In this document: positions 46,961 to 56,451 of the stretch, piece by piece
Layout: each line of letters starts with the position of its first letter
Position numbering within the stretch: position 1 is the first letter of the stretch
Assembly: GCA_050747905.1 (NCBI GenBank)
Contig: JBOGKQ010000006.1
Coordinates: 52,980 to 116,979 of the forward strand
Reading direction: 5' to 3'
DNA length: 64,000 nucleotides
Source: Terriglobales bacterium
GTDB lineage: Bacteria; Acidobacteriota; Terriglobia; Terriglobales; SCQP01
Notes under the pieces: model-generated
Seen by the model: only the letters and a program-made list of their open reading frames with translations
Database searches by the model: none
Told to the model about the DNA's origin: nothing
Position numbers and translations under genes: made by a program

Positions 46961-47578
46961 TCAGGCTTTTCTGCCCCTCTCGTAGCGCCGCCCGATCTCC
47001 TCCCAATTCACCACGTTCCACCAGGCGGCGAGGTAATCGCCGCGGCGGTTCTGGTATTTCAGGTAGTAAGCGTGCTCCCACATGTCGTTGCCCATGACCG
47101 GGTAATGGCCATCCATAACCGGGCTGTCCTGGTTGGCAGTCGAGATGACCTCCAGCTTGCCGTCCTTGAGCACCAGCCATGCCCAGCCGGAGCCAAAGCG
47201 CTTGAGTCCGGCATCGGCAAATTTCACCTTGAAGGCGTCAAAGCCGCCAAACGCCTTGTCAATCGCCTGCGCCAGCGCGCCTGCAGGCTCGCCACCGCCG
47301 CTCGGTTTCATGATCTTCCAGAACATGCTGTGGTTGGAGTGCCCGCCGGCGTTGTTGCGCACCGCGGTGCGGATCGCCTCCGGCACTTTCGAGTTGATGC
47401 CCTTCAGCAAGTCTTCCAGCGACAGCGAGGCCAGATCGGCGTGATCCTTCAGCGCCGCATTCAGGTTGTTGACGTAGCCGGCGTGATGCTTTTCATGGTG
47501 CACATGCATCGTCTGCTCGTCAATCACAGGTTCGAGGGCGTTGTGCGGATAGGGCAGCGCGGGCAGTTCAAAAGCCAT
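46961..47578 (-). CDS. Fe/Mn superoxide dismutase
   Basis: [32 protein letters not shown] and [15 protein letters not shown] are present. An AGGAGG SD lies 5 nt upstream. Confidence 0.95.
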   Translation of the reverse strand: MAFELPALPYPHNALEPVIDEQTMHVHHEKHHAGYVNNLNAALKDHADLASLSLEDLLKGINSKVPEAIRTAVRNNAGGHSNHSMFWKIMKPSGGGEPAGALAQAIDKAFGGFDAFKVKFADAGLKRFGSGWAWLVLKDGKLEVISTANQDSPVMDGHYPVMGNDMWEHAYYLKYQNRRGDYLAAWWNVVNWEEIGRRYERGRKA

Positions 47579-47624
47579 CGGTTCCTCCTAAGAGTTTCGC
47601 TCTAGCTTAGTTTATACTCCCCGC

Positions 47625-47702
47625 ATGGGCGGCTTGGGCCGTGATCTCCGCTACGCCTGGCGGCAAATTCTTGCCGCGCCCGTACTTGCGATCGTGGCCC
47701 CC
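47625..47702 (+). pseudogene. Possible 5' remnant of an FtsX/MacB-type (ADOP-like) permease gene
   Basis: MGGLGRDLRYAWRQILAAPVLAIVAP resembles the stereotyped N-terminus (..QDLRYALRxLRKxPGFTxVAVL..) of Acidobacterial duplicated orphan permeases. The similarity is lost after about 26 codons, and the region then overlaps the 3' end of the MBL-rhodanese gene. Confidence 0.3.
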
Positions 47703-47745
47703 GCGCGGCTGCAGAAAGAGGTGGCCGTGCCACTCTGGAAGGGCT

Positions 47746-49125
47746 CTACTCCACCCAGGCCTGATAGCCACCTTCGAGGTCGGCGACCGCGGTTGCGCCC
47801 CAGCGTTCCAACAGGCTGGCGGCGATCGAGGAGCGGTAGCCGCTCTGGCAGTAGGTCACGAGGGGCTGATGCAGGGGCAGCTCGGCGCGCCGCGCCTCCA
47901 ACTGCGACAGCGGAATGTGCCGGCTGCCGGGAATGGAACCAGCGGCGAACTCGGCCGGCGTGCGCACGTCCAACACCAGGGGCGGCTCGGCTCCGCGGCG
48001 CCGCTCCTGCAATTCGGCGGCGGTTAGCCGTTCCCGTCCGGCCAGCCGGTCTTCGCGGTGGCGCAGCGCCAGCATGCCCTCGCCCGCACCCGCGTCGAGG
48101 TAGCCGGCGATGCGGTCAAATCCAATGCGGCCGAGCCGCACCCCGGCCTCGCGCTCGCGGCCCGGATGCGCCACAATCACCACCGGCTCGTCCGGCTTCA
48201 GCAACGTCCCGCTCCAGGTGGCAAACTGCCCCTCCAGCGGAATGTTCACCGCCCCCCGCCAGTGTGCGCGCGCGTGCTCGACTGGACGCCGCGTATCCAG
48301 CACCACCGCCCCGGCGCGCTCGGCAGCTTCGACCGCGGGTGCATCCAGGGGCCGCAGTTGCCGCTCCAGGCTGGATTCGAGGCTGGGATGCGCCTGCGCG
48401 TTCAAGACCGCGTCATAGGCAAAATACGCCGGGGCGTCGGGCTGGTCGGCCATCACCAGCCGCAAAAAATCCTCGGGAGGCATGGGCTGCAGGGCGTAGT
48501 TGACCCGCCGCTGCTCGCCCAAGGTGGAAACCGTCTCCTTGGCGATACTCTTTCCGCACAGCGAGCCCGCCCCGTGCGCCGGATAGATCAGGGTCGTATC
48601 CGGCAGCGGCAGCAGCTTCTGGTGCAGGGAATCGTAGAGCATTTCACCCAGCTCGCGTGCCGACCACCCGAGCGAGGCACGCAAGTCAGGCCGCCCCACG
48701 TCCCCAATGAACAGCGTGTCCCCAGTGAGCGCGGCTTGCGGCTGCGCCGCCCCTGCCGCGAACACCAGCAGCGTAATGGATTCCGGCGTATGTCCCGGCG
48801 TGTGCAGTATCCGCAGGTGTCCTCCGCCCAGCGGCAGGGTTGCGCCATCGCCGAGGGGGCGGAACGGGTACTCCGCCTGCGCCCGCGCGCCCAGGCAAAT
48901 CTCCGCCCCGGTGCGCTCGCGCAGCTCCACATGCCCGGCCAGGAAGTCCGCGTGGAAATGCGTCAGGAACACATAGGCGATGCGCACGTTCCGCCGGGCC
49001 GCTTCCTCGATGTAAAGGCCGATGTCGCGCTGGGGGTCCACCACGGCGGCCACGCCCGCCTCCTCGTCCGCGACCAGGTAGGAGGCGTGCGCCAGGCACG
49101 GCAGGTAGAACTGGTGGATGTGCAT
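47746..49125 (-). CDS. MBL-fold persulfide-dioxygenase-like hydrolase fused to two rhodanese domains
   Basis: Start ATG 49125 (MHIHQFYLPCLAHASYLV). The metal motif THFHADF is present, followed by two rhodanese-like modules; the last carries active-site Cys in YCQSGYRS. Confidence 0.8.
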   Translation of the reverse strand: MHIHQFYLPCLAHASYLVADEEAGVAAVVDPQRDIGLYIEEAARRNVRIAYVFLTHFHADFLAGHVELRERTGAEICLGARAQAEYPFRPLGDGATLPLGGGHLRILHTPGHTPESITLLVFAAGAAQPQAALTGDTLFIGDVGRPDLRASLGWSARELGEMLYDSLHQKLLPLPDTTLIYPAHGAGSLCGKSIAKETVSTLGEQRRVNYALQPMPPEDFLRLVMADQPDAPAYFAYDAVLNAQAHPSLESSLERQLRPLDAPAVEAAERAGAVVLDTRRPVEHARAHWRGAVNIPLEGQFATWSGTLLKPDEPVVIVAHPGREREAGVRLGRIGFDRIAGYLDAGAGEGMLALRHREDRLAGRERLTAAELQERRRGAEPPLVLDVRTPAEFAAGSIPGSRHIPLSQLEARRAELPLHQPLVTYCQSGYRSSIAASLLERWGATAVADLEGGYQAWVE

Positions 49126-49130
49126 GGCCC

Positions 49131-49820
49131 CTAGAGTACATCGTCCGGGCGGATCGCGAGCAGGCACCCCTCGGGCAGCGCGCCCAGGGCCAGCTTCCCG
49201 ATACGTACGCGGATCAGCTCCCGCACGCCCCCGCCCACGGCCTCGACCATGCGCCGCACCTGGCGGTTCTTGCCCTCACGCAGCGTGATCGCGATCCATC
49301 CCGCGCCGCGTCGGGGCAGGCGGCGCACCTTGGCCGGCGTGGTGTGCTCGCCGCGCCCAATGTCCAGGCCGCCGCGCAACCGCTCCAGCGCCGCGTCCGG
49401 CAGCACCGGCTCTACGCGCGCGTGATAGGTCTTCGCCACCTTGTGCTCCGGGCTGGCGACGCGTTCGGCAAACACGCTGTCGTTGGTAAGCAGCAGCAAA
49501 CCGCTCGAGTCCTGATCCAGGCGGCCCACCGAGAAATACCAGGTCTCCAGCGGCCCCGCGAGGTCGTAAATGGTTTTGCGGCCGCGCTTGTCACCGTGAC
49601 TGCAGATCACGCCCGCGGGTTTGTGCAGGGCCCAGTAGCAGGGCCGGGGATGCCGCAGGGGATGTCCGTCAAGCCCCAGCCGCTGGCGCGCCGGCGCCAC
49701 CCACGCCGCCGGATCGCGGCACACGCGCCCGTCCAGGCTCACCCGGCCGGCGCGGATCAGCTCCGCCGCCACCGTGCGCGAGGCCACGCCGGCGCGCGAC
49801 AGCGCGCGGTCAAGCGTCAT
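49131..49820 (-). CDS. RsuA/RluB-family pseudouridine synthase (S4 domain + catalytic domain)
   Basis: The S4 domain is MTLDRALSRAGVASRTVAAELIRAGRVSLDG and the catalytic motif is GRLDQDSSGLLLLTND. Start ATG 49820 is preferred. The alternative at 50006 would translate through diverged repeat copy L. Confidence 0.75.
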   Translation of the reverse strand: MTLDRALSRAGVASRTVAAELIRAGRVSLDGRVCRDPAAWVAPARQRLGLDGHPLRHPRPCYWALHKPAGVICSHGDKRGRKTIYDLAGPLETWYFSVGRLDQDSSGLLLLTNDSVFAERVASPEHKVAKTYHARVEPVLPDAALERLRGGLDIGRGEHTTPAKVRRLPRRGAGWIAITLREGKNRQVRRMVEAVGGGVRELIRVRIGKLALGALPEGCLLAIRPDDVL

Positions 49821-49848
49821 TTCCGGCTTGTCCTTCCGCGCCGGCTTG

Positions 49849-49913
49849 GGGATGCCCTGAGCGCCAGCGCGCGTCCCTTGCCGGGGAGCGTCGCCCGGCC
49901 TGAGCCCGGCCAG
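49849..49913 (+). repeat. Dispersed mosaic repeat, diverged copy L (M1-M2-like)
   Basis: GGGGATGCCCTGAGCGCCAGCGCGCGTCCCTTGCCGGGGAGCG... is about 75% similar, by eye, to the copies at 56494 and 59757. Confidence 0.5.
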
Positions 49914-49996
49914 CGGGAGGGCGGCGCCCGCAAGAAGTGGCCGTGCCACCCGCGGAGGCTTGCCCGGCGCCGCCGAGCCGGGGGTGAACCGCCGGA

Positions 49997-51424
49997 TCAC
50001 GCGCATGTGGCGCGCCCGCCGGGTTCGGCAAAGATGGCCGGGTCGAGATCGGAAAAGAAGCGTTCATGCAGGCGCGCCATGGCCCGCGGCACGTCGTCGT
50101 CGTCCACCACCATGCCGATGTTGATCTCCGATGCCCCTTGGGAAATCATGCGCACGTTGATGTCGCCCAGGGCGGCAAACACGCGGCCCGCGATGCCGGG
50201 CGTGGCGCGCAGGCTCTCGCCCACCAGGCAGACGATCGCCTTGCGGCCCTCGCAGCGCACGTCGGCGAACTGGCCCAGCGCATCGCTAATTTCCGGCAGC
50301 GCGCTGGTGTCGGCCACGGTCAGTGACACGCTTACCTCCGAGGTCGAAACCATGTCCACCGGGCAGCGGAAGCGCGCAAACACGTCCCAAATCGCCTGCA
50401 GGAACCCGTGCGCCTGTAGCATGCGGGTCGAAACCACATCCACCACGGTAACCCGGCGCTTGGACGAGATGCACTTGAAGGGACTGGACGAGCGCGGCGC
50501 GCGCGTGGTGACCAGCGTGCCGGTGCGCTCGCCATCCGGCGGTCCGCTTACCCAGGCTCGCGAATTCAACACCCAAACCGGCACGCCCGACTGCATGGCG
50601 GGCAGCAGCGTCGCCGGATGCAGCACCTTGGCGCCGAAATAGGCGAGCTCGGCGGCTTCCTGGAACGAAATCACCTTGATGCGGTGCACCCCGGCGCAAA
50701 CCCGGGGATCGGCGGTGAGCATGCCATCCACATCCGTCCAGATCTCAATGCGACGCGCCCCCAGCAGGGCGCCCAGCAGCGCCGCCGAATAATCCGATCC
50801 GCCACGGCCGAGGGTGGTGCCCACGCCGGCGCGCGTGGCGGCGATGAAGCCGCCCAGCACCGGAACCACCCCGGCGGCCACCAGCGGCGCCAGCCGCTCG
50901 TTCACCTGGCGCCGGCTTTCCGGCAGCAGCGGCAGCGCCTGCGTGTGCTGCTCATCGCTGATGATCACCTGGCGCGCATCCACCAGGTGCGGCTTCAGGC
51001 CGGCGTGGCGAAGCGCCACCTGCGCCAGCCAGGGCGAGGCGCGCTCCCCAAACGCCAGCACCGCGTCGCGCGAGCGGCCCGTGAGCTCGCCCACCGCGGC
51101 CACGCCGCGCACCAGCGCCCCCAGTTCGTCGAACAAATGCCGCAGCGCCGCCTCCGCCTCCGCGTCCCCGCCCAGTTCCGCCAGCGTGCGCTGGTGTCGT
51201 TCGCCCAGCCCCGCCACCAGCTCCGCGGCGGGCGCCAACTCGCCCGCCAGCGCCAGGCCCGTCAGCCCGGCCAGTGCATCCGTGACGCCCGCCATCGCCG
51301 AGATCACCACCACCGGATGCTCCCCGGCCCGGTCGGCGGCGATGGCCGCCAGGCGCTGCAGCGCCTCGGCATCAGCCACCGAGGTGCCACCGAATTTCAT
51401 CACCACCGGCGCGTGGGAGGGCAT
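49997..51424 (-). CDS. lysC: Aspartate kinase
   Basis: Start ATG 51424 (MPSHAPVVMKFGGTSVADAEAL). VVVISAMAGVTD, GRGGSDYSAALLG and the C-terminal ACT domains are present. The listed 798-aa ORF is an over-extension across asd. Confidence 0.9.
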   Translation of the reverse strand: MPSHAPVVMKFGGTSVADAEALQRLAAIAADRAGEHPVVVISAMAGVTDALAGLTGLALAGELAPAAELVAGLGERHQRTLAELGGDAEAEAALRHLFDELGALVRGVAAVGELTGRSRDAVLAFGERASPWLAQVALRHAGLKPHLVDARQVIISDEQHTQALPLLPESRRQVNERLAPLVAAGVVPVLGGFIAATRAGVGTTLGRGGSDYSAALLGALLGARRIEIWTDVDGMLTADPRVCAGVHRIKVISFQEAAELAYFGAKVLHPATLLPAMQSGVPVWVLNSRAWVSGPPDGERTGTLVTTRAPRSSSPFKCISSKRRVTVVDVVSTRMLQAHGFLQAIWDVFARFRCPVDMVSTSEVSVSLTVADTSALPEISDALGQFADVRCEGRKAIVCLVGESLRATPGIAGRVFAALGDINVRMISQGASEINIGMVVDDDDVPRAMARLHERFFSDLDPAIFAEPGGRATCA

Positions 51425-51438
51425 GGCTGGGCTCGCCT

Positions 51439-52494
51439 TCACAGCCGCTGGTGCGCGTGCAGCAGCTCGGCGTTGAGAATCGCCGCGCCCGCCGCTCCCC
51501 GCACCATGTTGTGCGAGAGTACGGTGAATTTGTAATCCAGCAGCGGACAGGGGCGCAGCCGTCCCACCGTCACCGTCATGCCCCCACCCGCCAAAACATC
51601 CAGGCGCGGCTGCGGGCGGTCGGACGCTGCCGCGACTTCCAGCGGCCGCGTGGGCGCGCTCGGCAGCTGGAGCTGCTGCGGCTCGCCGGTGAAGTCGCGC
51701 ATCGCCGCCGCCACCTCCGCCAATCCTGCCTTGCTCCGCAACTTCACGCTCACCGACTCCATGTGCCCGTCCACCACGGCGACGCGGTTGCAGTGCGCCG
51801 AAACCGTGAAATCGGCGGGTATAATGCCAGCCGGGCCGAATTGCCCGAGAACCTTCTGCGCCTCCGCCTGCAGCTTGTCCTCCTCGTGGGCAATGTAGGG
51901 GATCACGTTGCCCAGCGCATCGAGCGAAGCCACGCCTGGATAGCCCGCCCCCGACAGCGCCTGCATGGTCACCACGAATACGCTCTCGATCCCGAACGCC
52001 TGGGCCAGCGGCGCCAGCGCCATCGCCAGCCCCGCCGTGCAGCAGTTGGGGTTGGTCACGGCGTAGCCGCCGTTTTTCGCAAAGCTCGGCTGGCGCTCGA
52101 TCAGCGCCAGATGATCCGGATTGCACTCCGGCACCACGAGCGGCACGTCCGGCTCCATGCGGAGCGCGCTGGAGTTGGAAATCACGCGGTGGCCGGCGGC
52201 GGCAAATGCTGGCTCGAGCGCGCGCGCGGCGGCCGAGTCCACGGAGGCGAAAATCACGCGCGCCGGACAGCCCGCGGGTGTTGCTTCCGAGACCGGAAGG
52301 TTGGCCACACGCTCGCTCAGCCGGGCCGGCAGCCGCCAGCGTGTTGCCTCCCCGTAGCGCCTGTCGCGCGAGCGCTCCGAAGCCGCCACCCACACCGGCT
52401 CAAACCACGGATGGCGGTCGAGCATCGCCAGCAGCCACTGCCCCACTGCACCGGTCGCGCCCAGCACGCCGACGGGGAGTTTTGCCTCCGTCAT
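51439..52494 (-). CDS. asd: Aspartate-semialdehyde dehydrogenase
   Basis: 351 aa. VGVLGATGAVGQ, the active-site NPNCCTAGLAMAL and a HNMVRGAAGAA-type C-terminus are present. Confidence 0.93.
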   Translation of the reverse strand: MTEAKLPVGVLGATGAVGQWLLAMLDRHPWFEPVWVAASERSRDRRYGEATRWRLPARLSERVANLPVSEATPAGCPARVIFASVDSAAARALEPAFAAAGHRVISNSSALRMEPDVPLVVPECNPDHLALIERQPSFAKNGGYAVTNPNCCTAGLAMALAPLAQAFGIESVFVVTMQALSGAGYPGVASLDALGNVIPYIAHEEDKLQAEAQKVLGQFGPAGIIPADFTVSAHCNRVAVVDGHMESVSVKLRSKAGLAEVAAAMRDFTGEPQQLQLPSAPTRPLEVAAASDRPQPRLDVLAGGGMTVTVGRLRPCPLLDYKFTVLSHNMVRGAAGAAILNAELLHAHQRL

Positions 52495-52503
52495 GGCCCC
52501 GCC

Positions 52504-54486
52504 TTAACCCAGACCGAGGCCGCGCGGCGTGGGAGCGGGCGTGGCGGGTGAATTGGGGACATTGACGCCCAGCACGCGCTCATACGCCGCCTGGAATATT
52601 TTCACCTTGCCCGCCTTGGTCAGCTGCGCCAGCAGCGCGTCGGTGTAGGCGTTGAGCACGTTGTTTTTCTTTTCGCTCAGCAGGCTGGATTCGAGCGCCG
52701 CCTCTTGCTGTGCAAACTCCGCGTCGCTGGGCTGCTGCAGCGTCATCAGCGCGCAGACCACCTGCTTGCCAGCCACGCTGGCCACGGGCTCCGCCTTGCC
52801 CGGCTGGGCTGCAAACAGCGCCGGCGCAAAGCTCGCTATTGAGCCCACGTCGGTAAGCGTGCCCGAGCGCGTCAGCGCCGGTGAGGTCTCCAGCTTCAGG
52901 TGCAGAGAGGCTGCCGCCGCCTTCAGCCCCTGCTTTTGGGCCGCCTGCTCCAGTTGCTGCGCCTTCTGCTGCGCCAGCTTCTGCGCTGCGTCTTTTTTGA
53001 AGTCGCTGGTCACCTGATCCTGCACCGCCGCCAGCGGTAACGGTCCCGGAGGCACGATCTTGTCCACCTTGGCGATGGCGAAGCCTTCGGCCACCTGCAC
53101 CGGCGCCGTGGTGGCGCCCGCCGCGGTCGAAAACACCGCGTCGGCGAAGTTCGGGTTCACGCCCACGCCGGTCACCGGATCGGTGCGGCTGACGGGTTGG
53201 GTGGTGAAGTACTCCAGGTGCAACTGTTGCGCCACCTGCGGCAGCGGCGTGACCGCCGCTTGCGCCGAGGCCTGGTTGATCAGATTCTGCGCCTGGTTCA
53301 CCGCCTGCTGCTTCTGCAGGGTGGCCACGATCTGGTCGTGCACCGATGCCTCGGGTTGGACATAGGCCTGGTTGTGCGCCTCGACTTTAATGATGTGGAA
53401 GCCGTACTCGGTCTGCACCAGGCCGCTGATTTGGCCCACCGGCAGGCTGAAGGCCACCTTCTCGAAGTTCGGCACCGTCTGGTTGCGCTGGATGAAGCCC
53501 AGCTCCCCTCCGTTTTGCGCGCTGGCATCGTCCTGCGAGTCCTTCTTCGCCAGCGCCGCGAAATCCTTGGGGTTGGCCTGCACCTGCTTGAGCACCGCTT
53601 CGGCGTGCGTGCGCGTGGCCGCGATCTCCTGCGCGCTGGGGCTGGTGGAAGGGTACTTGATCAGGATGTGCGAGACCTTGACCTCCTCCGGGTGCGTGTA
53701 GGTGTCAATGTTCTGCTGATAGAACTCGTGGACGGCGGCTGGGGAAATGCTAATCACCGCCGCCAGCGCCGCCTGGTTGGCCAGCACCACCTCGATCTGC
53801 CGCTTTTCTGGCGCCATATAGTCGGTCTGATGTTGCCGGTAGTACGCCTGCAGCGCCTGCGGCGAAATCGCAATCCCGGCTTGTAACTGCGCCGGATCCA
53901 GCACCACATACTGGAAGGTGGCCTTCTCGTTTTCGGTCTCGAAGCGCTTGCGCACCTCGGCCGCGCTCACCCGGATGGGGTCGGTGATCAGGTTCTCGAT
54001 CTTCGACACCATCAGGCCCTTGCGCAACTGGTCCTGCAACTGAGGCAGTGTCATCTGCAGGGTTGCCACCATCTGCGTTGCCTGGGCATCCCCTACGTAT
54101 TTGCCGTCCGGGTACAATTCGGGCAACTGCTGGCGCGCCATCTGGGCGATTTCCGTGTTGGTGGGCGCCAGGCCCAACCGTATCGCCTGATCGGTGAGCG
54201 CCTGGGTGATCACCAGATTGCGCAGCGCCTGCTCGGCCACCATGGGCATGAGCTGCTGGGGAATCTGTTGTCCCTGCCCGAAGCGCTGGATTTGGGTGGT
54301 CAGATCCTGCCCGGTGATCTTGGTGCCGTTCACTGTCGCCACCGTCTGGGCGTAGGTGGGCAGCGAGGAGTCGCCGCTCATGCCCTGGGGAATCAGGAAC
54401 ATGACCATGGCAACACAAATCAGGACGAGAAACCCGCCCAAGACCAAACGCGCGGTCGTGTCCCGCCGCCGGAAGAAATTCAGCAT
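52504..54486 (-). CDS. PpiD/SurA-like periplasmic chaperone with a parvulin PPIase domain
   Basis: It has an N-terminal membrane anchor (RLVLGGFLVLICVAMVMFLI) and a parvulin core (VKVSHILIKYP...GGELGFIQRNQTVPNFEKVAFSLPVGQISGLVQTEYGFHIIKV). Confidence 0.8.
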   Translation of the reverse strand: MLNFFRRRDTTARLVLGGFLVLICVAMVMFLIPQGMSGDSSLPTYAQTVATVNGTKITGQDLTTQIQRFGQGQQIPQQLMPMVAEQALRNLVITQALTDQAIRLGLAPTNTEIAQMARQQLPELYPDGKYVGDAQATQMVATLQMTLPQLQDQLRKGLMVSKIENLITDPIRVSAAEVRKRFETENEKATFQYVVLDPAQLQAGIAISPQALQAYYRQHQTDYMAPEKRQIEVVLANQAALAAVISISPAAVHEFYQQNIDTYTHPEEVKVSHILIKYPSTSPSAQEIAATRTHAEAVLKQVQANPKDFAALAKKDSQDDASAQNGGELGFIQRNQTVPNFEKVAFSLPVGQISGLVQTEYGFHIIKVEAHNQAYVQPEASVHDQIVATLQKQQAVNQAQNLINQASAQAAVTPLPQVAQQLHLEYFTTQPVSRTDPVTGVGVNPNFADAVFSTAAGATTAPVQVAEGFAIAKVDKIVPPGPLPLAAVQDQVTSDFKKDAAQKLAQQKAQQLEQAAQKQGLKAAAASLHLKLETSPALTRSGTLTDVGSIASFAPALFAAQPGKAEPVASVAGKQVVCALMTLQQPSDAEFAQQEAALESSLLSEKKNNVLNAYTDALLAQLTKAGKVKIFQAAYERVLGVNVPNSPATPAPTPRGLGLG

Positions 54487-54551
54487 GGAAGCGATCCTTA
54501 GTGGAAAGCTGCCGCCTCAGCGCCGAGCGCCGCGGCGGAGAAAATCACTTC

Positions 54552-54580
54552 ATTATATAACGCTTGGCGTTGCCTGTCGC
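54552..54580 (-). promoter_or_regulatory. Promoter candidate for the ppiD-like gene (GCGACA-N17-TATAAT)
   Basis: On the minus strand the sequence reads GTTGCCGCGACAGGCAACGCCAAGCGTTATATAATG. It has a perfect TATAAT, and a 6-bp hairpin (GTTGCC-N6-GGCAAC) overlaps the -35 box. Confidence 0.4.
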
Positions 54581-54655
54581 GGCAACTTGCAGACGCCCGG
54601 AGCGCTCTTCGCCCCGCCCCGCTCCGCTCTTCGCGGGGGCCGTGCCACGTTTGCT

Positions 54656-55132
54656 CTAGCGTCCGGAGGGCTTGGCGGCCGGAGCCGGCGCCAACGGGTG
54701 CAGGTGGCCGCAGGGGTCCCGGCGCGGACGATGCCCATTCTGGCTTCCCATCTGCTGCCACTTTGTCCACTGGCTGGGGGTCATGATGCTTTGCAGTTTG
54801 CCGAGTAGCTGCTGCCGCTGCGGCAACTGCATGTACGCGTCGCGCTCCTCGCGCTGGGTGGCGACGAACTGGTCGCACAGCTTTTCATACTGTGGTTGGA
54901 ACTGCACATGGATCTGGTGGCGCAGGTTGCCGGCGTTTTTGAAGACGCCCTGGATCTTGCTCACCTGCTGCGGCGTCAGTTGCAGCTCGCTCTGCAAGCG
55001 GTGCTCGCGCCGGTGGTTGAAGTAGCGGGCATGTACTCCCGGCCACGCCCACACCATGCCGGCGATCCCGGCCGCGAGGCCGAGCACGAAAACCACCACC
55101 AGAATCGCCGTGCTGTGCAGTCCTCGGGGCAT
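54656..55132 (-). CDS. Membrane-anchored Spy/CpxP-like (LTxxQ motif) periplasmic protein
   Basis: It has an N-terminal TM segment (AILVVVFVLGLAAGIAGMVWAW), the LQLTPQQ motif and helical Gln/Arg-rich repeats. It is the third gene of the ECF sigma operon. Confidence 0.5.
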   Translation of the reverse strand: MPRGLHSTAILVVVFVLGLAAGIAGMVWAWPGVHARYFNHRREHRLQSELQLTPQQVSKIQGVFKNAGNLRHQIHVQFQPQYEKLCDQFVATQREERDAYMQLPQRQQLLGKLQSIMTPSQWTKWQQMGSQNGHRPRRDPCGHLHPLAPAPAAKPSGR

Positions 55133-55138
55133 TGTCTC

Positions 55139-55627
55139 CTACCGGTGCGTATTCATCCGCAACAAGTCCGCCGGGTCCGGCGGAGGCTGGTTGGCGCTGG
55201 CCATCACTCCCGCCACGCCCGCCGGCTCGGGCTGATTCAGAACCGCAAAGGCCGCGCTCGCAGCCTGCACCGGCGCCGGCGTGCGCACGGTCGTCAGCCC
55301 GCCCACCAGCGCGATCAGCGCCACCAGCGCGACCATGTAGGGCAGCAGATACCTGAAGCTGCGCGTGAGCGCCGAATCCCACGCCTGTTCGCTGGCGCGA
55401 TGAATCGAGGCCCAGACCGCGCTCATCAGCGGCGGCGCCACCTCCACCATGCCCGCGCGCACCACCTGCTGCGCCCATTGCCGCAGGTGCACGTACTCGC
55501 CGCAGGCGCGGCAGCCGGCCACATGCCGTTCCATCTCCGCGCCCAGCACCGCGCTGGCATCGCTTTCCAGCCGCGTGCGCACCTGCGCGCACGTCTTCCG
55601 GTTTTTCCCCCAACTATTGCCGATCAT
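55139..55627 (-). CDS. Anti-sigma factor (zf-HC2 type), single-pass membrane protein
   Basis: The H-x3-C-x2-C motif (ERHVAGCRACGEYV) and a central TM segment (YLLPYMVALVALIALVGGL) are present. Its start overlaps the sigma gene stop (ATGA). Confidence 0.7.
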   Translation of the reverse strand: MIGNSWGKNRKTCAQVRTRLESDASAVLGAEMERHVAGCRACGEYVHLRQWAQQVVRAGMVEVAPPLMSAVWASIHRASEQAWDSALTRSFRYLLPYMVALVALIALVGGLTTVRTPAPVQAASAAFAVLNQPEPAGVAGVMASANQPPPDPADLLRMNTHR

Positions 55628-56280
55628 GTCCGCGCTCCTCCCCCCTGCTCTGCCTTGCCCCCAGTCTGGCCCGCGCGCTTATAGCGTTGCGTGTACTGGT
55701 CGAGCATACGCCTCCGGGCCCGGTACAGCGCCACCTTTACCGCTGACACCCCCATGTGGGCAATCTCGCCAATCTCTTCCAGCGACAACTCCTGTATCTC
55801 TTTCATCACCAGCAGCATGCGGTCGCGCGGCTTCAACTCCAGCAGCAGCTTGCCTGCCAGCTCCTCTGAAATCACCTTCCGCAGCACGCTCGCACCCGGG
55901 TCGGGCAGCATCCAGTCTTGCTCTTCGCCCGTTTCCGAGGTGGTCGAAACCTGTGGTGGCTGCCGCTTCCGTTTCCGCAGGTAGTCTACACAATAATTCG
56001 TGGCAACGCGATATAGCCACGGCCGGAACGGCATGCCAGGCATAAAGCCTTCCATGGCGAAGTAGACCTTGGTGAAGATCTCCTGCACCAGGTCCGGCAC
56101 CACTTCGCGGTAGCGTACGATGTTGGCGACCAACCGGGTGATCGGTTGCTGATAGCGCCCGTAGAGCTCTTCAAACGCCGCGCCATCGCCGCTCTGGATG
56201 CGCTGCACCAGCGGCAGGTCCACGTCCTGGTTTGGAGCGGTCCGGTACGGAAGCGGCATGGTTAACGCTTGCGCCAGCAT
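55624..56280 (-). CDS. ECF-type RNA polymerase sigma-70 factor
   Basis: Region 2 (DLVQEIFTKVYFAM...FRPWLYRVATNYCVDYLRKRKR) and region 4 (LSLEEIGEIAHMGVSAVKVALYRARRRM) are present. Confidence 0.9.
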   Translation of the reverse strand: MLAQALTMPLPYRTAPNQDVDLPLVQRIQSGDGAAFEELYGRYQQPITRLVANIVRYREVVPDLVQEIFTKVYFAMEGFMPGMPFRPWLYRVATNYCVDYLRKRKRQPPQVSTTSETGEEQDWMLPDPGASVLRKVISEELAGKLLLELKPRDRMLLVMKEIQELSLEEIGEIAHMGVSAVKVALYRARRRMLDQYTQRYKRAGQTGGKAEQGGGART

Positions 56281-56451
56281 ACATATTCATCAACGCTTGG
56301 CCTGCCGGGCAGGTTACTTACCACCACAGCCGCCGCGTGAAAATTGCTGGCGATCCTTCATAATGCTATGCTGTTTCAGCTTTGACAAGGGCCTTGGCCC
56401 TTGGAAAAGCTTGAATATACTAGCCTTAGTAATGGATGCTTCTCCGGCGGC

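Noticed and set aside
49997-52393. 798-aa ORF suggesting a large fusion protein
   Set aside because: Only the C-terminal 475 aa, from ATG 51424, are aspartate kinase. The N-terminal 323 codons overlap asd out of frame and are Gly/Arg/Ala-rich read-through.
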